A stretch of DNA of 45,791 nucleotides, taken from assembly GCA_964658355.1 (NCBI GenBank), contig CAZZZJ010000001.1, positions 1 through 45,791 of the forward strand, written 5' to 3'. Every line of letters begins with the position of its first letter. The first letter of the stretch is position 1. The stretch comes from Beijerinckiaceae bacterium. GTDB lineage: Bacteria > Pseudomonadota > Alphaproteobacteria > Rhizobiales > Beijerinckiaceae. Made by a program: the position numbers and the translations under genes. Shown one piece after another: positions 1 to 8,567 of the stretch. The notes under the pieces were generated by a model, which ran no database searches, had not been told where the DNA came from, and worked only from the letters and a program-made list of their open reading frames with translations.

Positions 1-284
1 AAACCGCCGGACGACGCTCATACTCAACCTCCGCTCAAGGGCATTCCGGCGGTGCTGCGACCACCGGACGTCTGCCCGTTCTGCTCCGTGCGACGAAGAC
101 CGCAGGGGTGGCTCCGTGATGCGCAATAAGCGCTGCCGTCCTACGAGTCGATCTTTGCGGCGCGCACTCATGCCCGCCTCAGTCACGGCCTCACAGGCTC
201 GTCAGTCATCAGGGACTAAGCAAAAACACGCCGAAATCAAGACCTGCGCAGTTCAAGACCTTGGACAGCGCCTACTGTTTCGCG

Positions 285-716
285 TCAAACCGATTCCGGT
301 CCCGGCTCCTTCGGCGTGAATGCAAGGGATGCTCCGTTCATGCAGTATCGCAGGCCGGTGGGCGCAGGGCCGTCATCGAAGACATGCCCGAGATGGCCCT
401 TGCAGCGCGCGCAATGCGCCTCGGTTCGGACCATCCAGTGGCTGCGGTCGGTCTGCGTCTCCACCGCCCCGGGCAATGGCGCGAAGAAGCTTGGCCAGCC
501 GGTGCCGGACTCGAACTTGGTCTCGTTCACGAAGAGCGGCGTGCCGCAGCCGGCGCAGGTGAAGGTGCCCGCCCGCTTCTCGGCCAGCAGACAGCTTGTT
601 CCGGCGCGCTCCGTGCCGTGCTCACGCAGGACACGATACTGCTCGGGCGTAAGCACCGCCTTCCACTCGGCTTCGCTCCGGGTCTCGGGAACCGACATCG
701 TCTCCGATCCGCTCAT
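285..716 (-). CDS. msrB: Peptide-methionine (R)-S-oxide reductase MsrB
   Basis: Motifs [57 protein letters not shown]. Confidence 0.97.
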   Translation of the reverse strand: MSGSETMSVPETRSEAEWKAVLTPEQYRVLREHGTERAGTSCLLAEKRAGTFTCAGCGTPLFVNETKFESGTGWPSFFAPLPGAVETQTDRSHWMVRTEAHCARCKGHLGHVFDDGPAPTGLRYCMNGASLAFTPKEPGPESV

Positions 717-794
717 CGTACTCTCCGCTGTTCGGGTCCACGCGATATGGGGCGGGACGTTCGAATCTTCGAGGCAGGGATGCCTTCGAGGCAG

Positions 795-1976
795 TCACGC
801 CGCCGCGCCGACGGTGTCCGCCATGCGCGCCTCGCGCTCGCCGAGCGGCCGCGCCGTGCCCGTGGTGGTGTCCTGCCCGGTCTGATGCTCGATCTCGGCG
901 TTGATCTCGCCGCCGAGCAACACGATGGTCGAGGAGATCCAGATCCAAGTCATGAAGCCGATCACTGCACCGAGGGACCCGTAGGTCTCGTTGTAGTTGC
1001 CGAAGCTCGCGACGTACCAAGAGAACAGCAGAGAGGCCACGAGCCAGAGCAGGCCGGCGACGACGCTGCCGACACCGACCCAGCGCCAGCGAGCCCGTTC
1101 GCGGCTCGGGCCATAGCGGTAGAGCAGCGACAGGCCGCCCAGCAGGACCAGGACCAGCGCCGGCCAGCGCAAAGCGGCGACGTACCAGGCGCCGGCGCTG
1201 ATGCCGATAAAATTGAAGACGACCGGCAGCACGACGATCGCCACCAGAGCGAGGATCACGAACACCAGCGCGCCGACCGTGAAGGTCAGCGAACGCACGT
1301 TCAACATGATGAAACTGCGCTTCTCCTCCTCCTCGTAGACGACGTTCAGCGCATCGAACATCGCCTTCATCGCGGCGTTGGCGCTCCACAGCGACAGGAC
1401 CAGGCTGCTGAAGAACGTCAGGCCGAGGGTGCCCCCGCCCTTCGCCGCGATGCGCTTGACCTGATCGCCGATGATCTCGATGGCGCCGGAGGGCAGCACG
1501 CCCTGCAGGCTGGCCAAGTGATCGTTGATGACGTTCACGTCGGCGAACAATCCGTAGCAGGTGACCAAAGCGGCCACCGCGGGGAACAGCGAGAGCAGGG
1601 TGTAGAAGGTCACCCCAGCCGCGACGGACAGGACGCGGTCCTTGTTGAACTCCAGGAAGGTCCGCACCGCGACGTCTTTCCAGCCGGCGCGTGTGATCTG
1701 TGCGGGACTGGTCGCGGCGCGGCCGCGCTCGGGCTGGGTGTCGGCGACGCGTTGCGCCGACCGACCGGAATAGGAACCGGCTCCCTGCCCGCTCGTCGCT
1801 ACGCGATGCGACGGCCTCGCCTCGACCGTGGCCCGTGGTAAGGGTCGCGCTTCCGGTGCGCCCCTTCGCACCTGAGCCGCGACGATGGCGATCAGCGCCG
1901 AGCCCAGCATGAGGATCCAAACGACGGACCCATCCTCCGACGATGGACTCCTCGAACCGGGCGGAGGCGTAGACAT
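795..1976 (-). CDS. YihY/virulence factor BrkB family inner-membrane protein
   Basis: AAGVTFYTLLSLFP, LYRYGP, YNETYGSLGAVIGFMTWIWISSTIVLLGGEINAE motifs; start placed at ATG 1976 (the ORF runs to 2162). Confidence 0.9.
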   Translation of the reverse strand: MSTPPPGSRSPSSEDGSVVWILMLGSALIAIVAAQVRRGAPEARPLPRATVEARPSHRVATSGQGAGSYSGRSAQRVADTQPERGRAATSPAQITRAGWKDVAVRTFLEFNKDRVLSVAAGVTFYTLLSLFPAVAALVTCYGLFADVNVINDHLASLQGVLPSGAIEIIGDQVKRIAAKGGGTLGLTFFSSLVLSLWSANAAMKAMFDALNVVYEEEEKRSFIMLNVRSLTFTVGALVFVILALVAIVVLPVVFNFIGISAGAWYVAALRWPALVLVLLGGLSLLYRYGPSRERARWRWVGVGSVVAGLLWLVASLLFSWYVASFGNYNETYGSLGAVIGFMTWIWISSTIVLLGGEINAEIEHQTGQDTTTGTARPLGEREARMADTVGAAA

Positions 1977-2172
1977 TCTAAGGGACCCGGGCGCGAACAG
2001 CCGCGCTTCCCCGCTAGAACGTCGCGCGCGCGCCGAGCGTTCCCCGGGGATCGCCGCACCGTCTGCCGAACCGCGAAGCCAACCGGCTATGGATCGTTTG
2101 AAGTGATCCGTCCGACCGAAGCCCATGCGCCATAGACGGCTATGAAGGAGTCGGATCGACACTGACGACCGT

Positions 2173-2190
2173 GTGGCGACCCCGCCTGGG
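2173..2190 (+). repeat. att site: 18-bp direct repeat GTGGCGACCCCGCCTGGG (copy of the tRNA-Arg 3' end)
   Basis: Identical to 21949-21966, which covers the last 17 nt of the tRNA plus one flanking base. Confidence 0.93.
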
Positions 2191-2472
2191 AGGCTCGACC
2201 GACTCTAATTCTGCAATGAAAACAGCGCTGTAGACGGGCCTCTCGCGCCGGCGTTGTATGACCTTATGGCCCAACATACAACGAGAGAGGCCCGGCCTCG
2301 TTAGCAACTGTGTAGCTGCGGCAACAACCTTTTGTGGGTCACTGGCTCGACCCCTGATGCCTGGGCTGCGGACTGGGCTTTCCCCCCGCACCCGGGGCTT
2401 CGAACGGACCTCAGGTCGACCATGAGGCCGGTCCCGCATCCCCAGTCTCACGTCTTGAACTCGCTTGGCGCC

Positions 2473-2748
2473 TCAGCGCGTGGGTGCGCTGGTGCCCTTG
2501 CCCGATGCACCGGGCGTAGTCCCCGCGCCCGCGTCATTGGCGCCCGTGCTGTTCGACGTACCGGAGCGGCTCTTGTCGCCCGATGTCGGGCCGCTACCCG
2601 CCGCACCCGGGGACGACCCAGACCCGGCATCGTTCGGGCCCGTGCTGTTCATGGTGCCGGACTTGGTGGTGCCCGAGGCCCCCTCAGCGGCGATGGCGGC
2701 CGATCCGAGGATCAGTGTTCCGGCGAGGGCTAGCGTGATGGCTTTCAT
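2473..2748 (-). CDS. Small secreted Gly/Ser/Thr-rich protein
   Basis: Signal peptide MKAITLALAGTLILGSAAIA; GGGAGA RBS; internal repeat SGTMNSTGPNDAG / SGTSNSTGANDAG. Confidence 0.75.
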   Translation of the reverse strand: MKAITLALAGTLILGSAAIAAEGASGTTKSGTMNSTGPNDAGSGSSPGAAGSGPTSGDKSRSGTSNSTGANDAGAGTTPGASGKGTSAPTR

Positions 2749-3048
2749 GGCGTTTCTCCCTGGTGTTGGCGTTAAGCACGCGATGACTAACCCAGGGTAG
2801 AAGTGCGACGTTCCGGCACAGCGAATGAAATCCAGGGGTCACCCGCGCGACACCCCATACCTGACAGGCAGCGGCAGGTTTTCCCCCCGTACCCCTCCGC
2901 CCGGCCTCCCTCGGGCGCGAGCGCGATGGCCCCCTCCCCCCGGCCTTATGTTACCCTCGCGCATCCGACACCCAGGCCCTCCGCCACTTCCGAGGCTCTG
3001 GCGCGTTACCCAGCCAAGAAGGCCACGGCGGCCCGCATGAGGTTAGCC

Positions 3049-3231
3049 ATGAAGAACCCAGCATTGAGCCTTTGGCTGTCCGGCGCCAATCGTGCGGCCG
3101 GCTGGTGGATGGGAACAGCTACGTCCATCGTTCGGCGCCAGCAGCAGTTGGCCCTTGCCGAGATGACGAAGGCCGCCATCGGCAAGAAGCCCGCGCGGAA
3201 GCGCAAGGTCAAGCCCAAGGGGCGGGTGTGA
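3049..3231 (+). CDS. Small basic hypothetical protein
   Basis: GAGG RBS before ATG 3049; MKNPALSLWLSGANRAAGWW... with a Lys/Arg-rich tail. Confidence 0.6.
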   Translation: MKNPALSLWLSGANRAAGWWMGTATSIVRRQQQLALAEMTKAAIGKKPARKRKVKPKGRV

Positions 3232-3282
3232 TCCAACGCTGATTTTGGCAGTCCAACTCTAATCACTCTCCGGGGAAAATTT

Positions 3283-3714
3283 ATGCAAGATGACCGTCTC
3301 CGCGTGCCAGTCGATAAAGATTATCTCGAAGCGCTTGGACTCGCAGCATACGCGTTTAGCGGGTTGGAATGGACGGTGGTCCACTCCTGCGAAGTGATTA
3401 ACCCAGGCTGCATCCATGCCCTAATTCCGAAGACGGCGGGAGCCATAGCGAAAGAATTCCAGAGGCTGGTTCGTGGTTACCCAGACCCGGTCGCCCAACC
3501 AAGCTTAATAAGCGCCGCGGAAGAATTTGGCCGCCTTGTTAAGCTGCGGAATGCCATATTACACGCTAATCCAGGAACAACTCCAGAAGGTCACCAACGC
3601 CTCTTCCGCAATGGGGTCGCACTTGAAATAGCTGATTTGAACTCAGCGGCCGATGATTTTGCAGCCGCCGGCGTCATTTGCAGTGAGCTATACCATCATG
3701 TTTTAAAGAAGTGA
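3283..3714 (+). CDS. HEPN-like protein (putative RNase)
   Basis: Helical protein with ALG..AYAFSGLE and the Rx4H motif RNAILH; more AT-rich than its neighbours. Confidence 0.6.
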   Translation: MQDDRLRVPVDKDYLEALGLAAYAFSGLEWTVVHSCEVINPGCIHALIPKTAGAIAKEFQRLVRGYPDPVAQPSLISAAEEFGRLVKLRNAILHANPGTTPEGHQRLFRNGVALEIADLNSAADDFAAAGVICSELYHHVLKK

Positions 3715-3732
3715 TCCGGGCCGGAACACCAT

Positions 3733-3845
3733 TGTCCGAATGGGTATACCGTAGCGGACAGCACCGTGACTGTCCGAAAGGCCGTCCGTAAGGGTTGACA
3801 TGGCCCTACGGACAGTCAATCTTGCGGACAGTTCCCTTTCGGACA
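3733..3845. promoter_or_regulatory. res site of the serine resolvase
   Basis: TGTCCG/CGGACA half-sites at 3733, 3755, 3771, 3809, 3825 and 3840 (plus CGTCCG at 3783); the first pair is centred on palindrome GGTATACC (3743-3750); directly upstream of the resolvase. Confidence 0.75.
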
Positions 3846-3857
3846 GGCGCCGCTTCC

Positions 3858-4490
3858 ATGCAGACCATCCTCTACGCCCGGGTCTCGACCACCGATCAGA
3901 CTATCGCCCATCAGTGCACCCAGGCCGAGGCCGCCGGCTTCAAGGTAGACGAGGTGGTAGCGGATGAAGGGGTGTCAGGCCTCACCACCAGCCTCAAGGA
4001 TCGCCCACAGGGCCGCCGCTTGTTCGACATGCTCCGCCGCGGAGATACCCTCGTGGTCCGTTGGGTGGACCGCCTGGGCCGGAACTACGCGGACGTGTGC
4101 GACACCATCCGAGAGCTGATGCGGAGGGGCGTCATCGTCCGCACCGTGATCAACAACCTCACCTTCGACGGGGCCACCAAGGACCCGATGCAGCAAGCCG
4201 TGCGGGATGCGCTCATCGGCTTCATGGCCGCCACGGCGCAAGCCCAGGCGGAGGCGACCAAGGAAGCGCAGAGGGCCGGCATAGACCACGCCAGGGGTCG
4301 CGAGGACGCCTACCGGGGCCGCAAGCCCAGCTTCACCCGGGAACAGTTCGACGCCGTGAGCGGGGCTCTGGGCCAGGGCCAGGGGGTGAGCAGCATCGCG
4401 GCGACCACCGGGCTCACACGGCAGACCATCTATCGCATCAGGGAGAACCCGGCGGAGGCGGAGGCGGCCTTGGCGCGGTGGTCGGCCTGA
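3858..4490 (+). CDS. Serine recombinase (resolvase/invertase family) with C-terminal HTH
   Basis: YARVSTTDQ, DEGVSG, RPQG, GDTLVVRWVDRLGRN, YRGRKP, GLTRQTIYRI. Confidence 0.95.
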   Translation: MQTILYARVSTTDQTIAHQCTQAEAAGFKVDEVVADEGVSGLTTSLKDRPQGRRLFDMLRRGDTLVVRWVDRLGRNYADVCDTIRELMRRGVIVRTVINNLTFDGATKDPMQQAVRDALIGFMAATAQAQAEATKEAQRAGIDHARGREDAYRGRKPSFTREQFDAVSGALGQGQGVSSIAATTGLTRQTIYRIRENPAEAEAALARWSA

Positions 4491-4603
4491 GGCAGGGTGC
4501 CGCAAGACGAGTTCAAACACCAACCCGCAACAATTCGGCCGTACCAAGCAACCAGCCCCTACGTAGTACGCAGCGTAGCAGTTGTCCCGCTCCTGGGTCC
4601 TGG

Positions 4604-4846
4604 ATGCCCTTCTTTTACATTGACCTTCACGATGGCACGAACTTTGTGCGCGACACCATAGGCTTCAACCTCCCCGACATAGAGGCCGCGCGGGCGAGGT
4701 TGGTACAGATCATGAGGCGCATGTCTCAACTGCTCGACGCCACCTCAGACCGCCAGGACTACCTCGCCATCGTCCGTGACCAGGAGGGGAACGTCATCAT
4801 GCGAGCCACTCTCACCCTCGAAATGGAAGAGGTGGACGCGGTGTAA
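4604..4846 (+). CDS. DUF6894-like small protein
   Basis: MPFFYIDLHDG..VRDTIGFNLPDIEAAR...VRDQEGNVI pattern, common in Methylobacterium/rhizobia. Confidence 0.75.
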   Translation: MPFFYIDLHDGTNFVRDTIGFNLPDIEAARARLVQIMRRMSQLLDATSDRQDYLAIVRDQEGNVIMRATLTLEMEEVDAV

Positions 4847-4861
4847 TGGCGGCAGCAATCC

Positions 4862-5140
4862 TCAGTGCGGTGCCCGGAACAGGTAGTAGCCTGCCGAGAG
4901 CATCGCCTCGTGAGCCTCTCCGGCTTGGAAGCCCGCCGGGGGCTTCTCACCCACCACCGTCCCACTGAACTCCCATATTGCGCCGTCGATGAAGCGCGGC
5001 ACCGGGCGGTCCTGACGGACGGCACAGCGCAGCTCGGGGCTCTGACGGCGGCGGAAGACGTTGAAGTCGGCGTAGGCGGCAGGCCAGTGCATCGGGGTCT
5101 CTGAGGCGGCGGGCGGGTCTCTAAGCACCTCACGGGCCAT
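4862..5140 (-). CDS. Hypothetical protein
   Basis: Protein-like ORF (FNVFRRR..PELRCAVRQDRPVPRFI..GYYLF) converging on the DUF6894-like gene. Confidence 0.65.
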   Translation of the reverse strand: MAREVLRDPPAASETPMHWPAAYADFNVFRRRQSPELRCAVRQDRPVPRFIDGAIWEFSGTVVGEKPPAGFQAGEAHEAMLSAGYYLFRAPH

Positions 5141-5464
5141 CGGGCTAGCCGCGTGGTGAGTCGCCTTGCGCCCAAGCCCAGTGCTAGCCGTGGTGCTATG
5201 CCGAGAGCGAGCTTGACCGGCTACGGCGACCTCCGGGCTCAGTCCTCCCTGCCTACCTCCCCCCCTTCACCGCCGCATCATACCCAGCGACCCACTGCGC
5301 GTGCGCCTGGGTGCCTTCCGCATAAGGACAGGCGTCCCGACTGATCCCTTTGGCCGGGGCGTAGTAGCCCAGGGCGTGGTGGTCGAGGTCTTCGTCTGGC
5401 GGCTCTCTCATGGCGAGGAACGTAGGGTGCCGCGGGGATGCTCCAAGCTGTGGCCCAGGGCGCC

Positions 5465-5698
5465 CTACTTGGTGGGCGGCTTGAGGGTGTCTTCGGGCTT
5501 GTCCGGCGCAGCAGTTTCCCGGCGCTCCAGCTCTGCCACGGTGGCCTCGCGGATGAACTCGGCGCGGCGATGCTTGCCGGCGACCACATCGATACGCTCG
5601 GGGACGCCCTCGGGGAGCCGCACGAGCGTGGGCTTCACTCCGAGCAGGGGTCGGCCGCCACGCCGGGGCTTCGGGGTCTCACCACCGCCATCAGTCAT
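5465..5698 (-). CDS. Ribbon-helix-helix (CopG/Arc-like) repressor
   Basis: GRP followed by strand TLVRLP, helix VPERIDVVA and helix RRAEFIREATVAELERRE; divergent from the early operon. Confidence 0.8.
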   Translation of the reverse strand: MTDGGGETPKPRRGGRPLLGVKPTLVRLPEGVPERIDVVAGKHRRAEFIREATVAELERRETAAPDKPEDTLKPPTK

Positions 5699-5713
5699 TG
5701 CGCAGTTCCCAAA

Positions 5714-5748
5714 CCGTTATCGGTATTGACCATCAATCCGTTATCGGT
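5714..5748. promoter_or_regulatory. Tandem operator repeats CCGTTATCGGT flanking a TTGACC -35-like hexamer
   Basis: Exact 11-bp repeat at 5714-5724 and 5738-5748 in the divergent intergenic region; TTGACC at 5726-5731. Confidence 0.65.
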
Positions 5749-5827
5749 TTACCCCTGTCCTCGTTAAGGAGCCGTCACCAACCCAGCCCTTCACACCAGA
5801 CCCCCAGCCTTCCCCGGAGCCATCCCC

Positions 5828-6616
5828 ATGCTACGCGAAGCCACCTCGGCGTCGAGCGATGACGCACGCCTGGACCTCACCGACATCGAGTCCGTGCCCG
5901 ATGACGCGAACCTCGGGGCAGAACTCCGCGGTGCCCCGCCCGAGGTCCGCTTGGCTGCCGTGAGGCGGTCGCGGCGCATCCCCGAGCCCAGCACCATGCG
6001 GGCGGCTTGGGCAAGCCTGCCGCTGGACGTACGGGACCGGATCGGGGTCATGGCGCTCACCGAGTCGTTCTATTCGTTCACCGCGGACAGAGACCCGCAG
6101 GCCGTAACGCTGGAGGCCGCGCGGCGCTGTGGGCAGTGGCATTGCGAGGCCCTCAACGGCATCACCACGGCAGCAAGTGCGGCTCTGCCGGAGCTGTACG
6201 GCACCCATGAGGCCGAGCCCCTGTGGGCCCAGCGAGACGGCGTGGCGGTGGTCTTCTCAGCCAAGCCAGCCCCGGCCGACCCGACGCCCATGCGCCTCGC
6301 CATCGAGGCCCACCGCCGTGCGCTCGATAAGCTTCGGGCCAACAGCCCCTACAAGGGCGGCAACCCGGACGATGCGTGGCTCGCATTGGATGACGCAGAG
6401 AGCCAGACGTTCGATGCGCTGCTTGCGGCTCCCTGTGCCAACCCGGCGGACGCGGAGGCCCTCATCGCCCACCTGCGGCCCCTGGTCGGGGAGGAGCAGC
6501 GCCACCCGATCCTCAACGACATGGGCGATGTGGCGTGCGGGGTTCTTGCGCAAGTGCTGGACGTGTTCTCTGCGGTGCTTACGGGTGATGCCGTGGCCGC
6601 CGGGCGCCTCGCGTGA
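5828..6616 (+). CDS. Hypothetical early protein of the element
   Basis: GGAG RBS, normal composition, GTGA overlap with the next gene. Confidence 0.75.
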   Translation: MLREATSASSDDARLDLTDIESVPDDANLGAELRGAPPEVRLAAVRRSRRIPEPSTMRAAWASLPLDVRDRIGVMALTESFYSFTADRDPQAVTLEAARRCGQWHCEALNGITTAASAALPELYGTHEAEPLWAQRDGVAVVFSAKPAPADPTPMRLAIEAHRRALDKLRANSPYKGGNPDDAWLALDDAESQTFDALLAAPCANPADAEALIAHLRPLVGEEQRHPILNDMGDVACGVLAQVLDVFSAVLTGDAVAAGRLA

Positions 6617-7233
6617 GCCCGCACCCGGCCACCGAGAGTACCGCCACCCTCATCCGCGAGTGGGTCGCCATGGTGGACCGTGCGGCCGGCCCGAAGCCTA
6701 TGGCGCTGCCCTACCTCGCCGCTGGCGACCCGGAGGTCCTGGCCCGCATCACCCTACGCACGCTCCACGAGGGCATCCTCGCGGACAGCATGGGACTGGC
6801 CCGGCTGGCCCTCATCGTCGGGGCCACCGCGGAGCACGAGGCGGGCGACAGTGACCGTGGGCAGGGTTGGGGGACGGAGGCCCAGGTGCGGGTGGGTCTC
6901 GCCCTCATCGGCTGTGCCATGCGGGCCACCGGGTGGTTCTCCCTCGCGCACGCTCCCGACGGCGACGCACGGGTGGCCATGGCCTTGAGCCCGCGACTGG
7001 CCCTGTCTGTGCCGCCGGGCGCCATGGATGCGGCCTGTCACTGCCTCGGGACCGAGGCGCCTAATGCGGAGAGCTGGCGGCCGACCGTGCGGGCCCTCGC
7101 GCCGCCGTTCGGGGTCATCAGGACGTTCATGGGCGGGCGGAGCGTGACGGTGGCGCTGGCGGAGGCGGTCGATGCGGATTTGCCTGGGGGCGGCATCGAG
7201 CTGGGCCGTGCGGCGGCGCTGTGGCGGGCCTAG
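6613..7233 (+). CDS. Stand-alone N-terminal domain of a T7-type single-subunit RNA polymerase (RPOL_N-like)
   Basis: Colinear similarity to the T7 RNAP N-domain as recalled: IREW..VDRAAGPKPMALPYL..DPEVLARITLRT, LALIVGATAEHEA, WGTEAQVRVGLALIGCAMRATGWFSL; no polymerase core follows. Confidence 0.7.
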   Translation: MSPHPATESTATLIREWVAMVDRAAGPKPMALPYLAAGDPEVLARITLRTLHEGILADSMGLARLALIVGATAEHEAGDSDRGQGWGTEAQVRVGLALIGCAMRATGWFSLAHAPDGDARVAMALSPRLALSVPPGAMDAACHCLGTEAPNAESWRPTVRALAPPFGVIRTFMGGRSVTVALAEAVDADLPGGGIELGRAAALWRA

Positions 7234-7270
7234 GCTGCCTTCCGAGCAATCGACCAAGAAAGATGCGCGT

Positions 7271-7633
7271 ATGACTCCGCAGGCCCCTGCGGCCCTCCTG
7301 GCGGCTTTCGGTGACCGCCTCACCATCTCCGCCCCCGAGCTGTGCCGGCTCTTGCCTCTCGATGACGACACGCTCCGAGGGCACATCAAGCGCGGCCACA
7401 TCGAGTACGTCCAGACGGGGCTCGGGGAGAGGTCTCCGCGCAAGGCGTTCACTCTCGCGGCGGTCCTGCGGTTCCTCGAAGAGCGGAGCGTGCGCGAATG
7501 CCCGCCAGAGCCACGGCTTAGAGCGAGTTCTCCGCGGCGAGCCTCAGATTATGAATGCGGCGGCATCCTGGCTCGCTGTGCACGGCGGCAAGCAGATAAG
7601 CAACGGCTGAGAGATCAGGCGCGGAAAGGCTGA
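7271..7633 (+). CDS. Excisionase/MerR-like helix-turn-helix DNA-binding protein
   Basis: ISAPELCRLLPLDDDTLRGHIKRGHIEYV..G....RKAFT..AVLRFLE winged-HTH pattern. Confidence 0.75.
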   Translation: MTPQAPAALLAAFGDRLTISAPELCRLLPLDDDTLRGHIKRGHIEYVQTGLGERSPRKAFTLAAVLRFLEERSVRECPPEPRLRASSPRRASDYECGGILARCARRQADKQRLRDQARKG

Positions 7634-7777
7634 GCGGAAGCCTGCTTTGGGGCAGCGCCCGAATTGGGCAGCGATATGAGAGGGGCAGCCGGCCTCCAGG
7701 TGTTGAGGGCTTCTGTACGGGCTGCCGACCGGCGGCTCCGGGGACAAGCGGGCGGCTGGCCTGCGGGTGACCAAGCG

Positions 7778-8039
7778 GTGACCGACGCTCACGCGCTCAG
7801 TGCCCTCGCGCAGGACTGGCGGCAGGTCTCGGTGATCCTATTCTGCGTGCTTACCGTGGTGCTCTTCATCGAGGGCTGGTGACCTGAGCCTCGCGCAGCT
7901 CGTGGTCCTGTGGCTGGCCCTCATGGTGCTCGCGGCGGTGGCCTTCGCTCCGGGAGACCCCCTCATCGTCCTGCAACACCGTGTGCCGGCCGAGATGCAC
8001 CCGGAGTGGCCGCAAGGGGCTAAAAGCCGGGCTCAATGA
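7778..8039 (+). pseudogene. Small two-TM membrane protein split by a 1-nt frameshift near 7871-7876
   Basis: GTG 7778 frame gives TM1 (VSVILFCVLTVVLFI) and stops at 7882; the +1 frame continues AGDLSLAQLVVLWLALMVLAAVAFA to TGA 8039 with no start codon upstream of that hydrophobic segment. Confidence 0.4.
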
Positions 8040-8059
8040 AATCAATGGGTTAGCTAGGG

Positions 8060-8081
8060 TAATAGGCAGCGTATATGAGGG
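8060..8081 (+). promoter_or_regulatory. Putative phage single-subunit RNAP promoter (copy 1) TAATAGGCAGCGTATATGAGGG
   Basis: 16/22 identical to 8511-8532; layout resembles T7/SP6 promoters (TAATA...TATA..purine-rich start). Confidence 0.45.
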
Positions 8082-8510
8082 ACCCCCAAGCCTGCCATTA
8101 GGCATGCCTTGGTGTGGTTACCCTTCACCCCTCCCACACCCAAGGGGACTTCCCCAGCCCGCCCGGAGGGTATGGGTAGAGGAGTGGTCTACCCCTCACT
8201 CCCACCTTCTCATGGCCCCTGCCTCTACCCTCAATGTCTGTAGGATCAGGTTCCTTTCCGGGGCACCCCAAGTCCCCTGATGCCCACCCCAAGACCAGCG
8301 GCGGCGGTAGTAGGCAATAGGAGACCACGAGCCGACCCAAGGCCCACCCCTGGGTCGCCATCAGGTCAGCCTAACGGCAACTGGTAGGGCTGCCTCGCTT
8401 TCAAGAGGCGCCGTTACGGATGCTGCGCTAGGCGAGAATGGCGCTTAGAATTCACTAGTCGAATCAGCAGTTTAAGGATTACGCGACATTCTGTCACCCC
8501 GGAAACGGCT

Positions 8511-8533
8511 TAGTACCCACCGTATATGAAGAG
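8511..8533 (+). promoter_or_regulatory. Putative phage single-subunit RNAP promoter (copy 2) TAGTACCCACCGTATATGAAGAG
   Basis: Shares the CGTATATGA core with copy 1; lies just upstream of the late-type gene run. Confidence 0.5.
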
Positions 8534-8567
8534 AGGTAGCTCCCTCCGGCCCTCCCTGTAGTGACCA

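Noticed and set aside
261-1841. 526-aa plus-strand ORF
   Set aside because: Shadow of msrB and the YihY gene on the opposite strand
3733-3845. CRISPR-like or iteron repeats
   Set aside because: Short inverted hexamers with irregular spacing beside a resolvase fit a res site; no cas genes or regular arrays in the window
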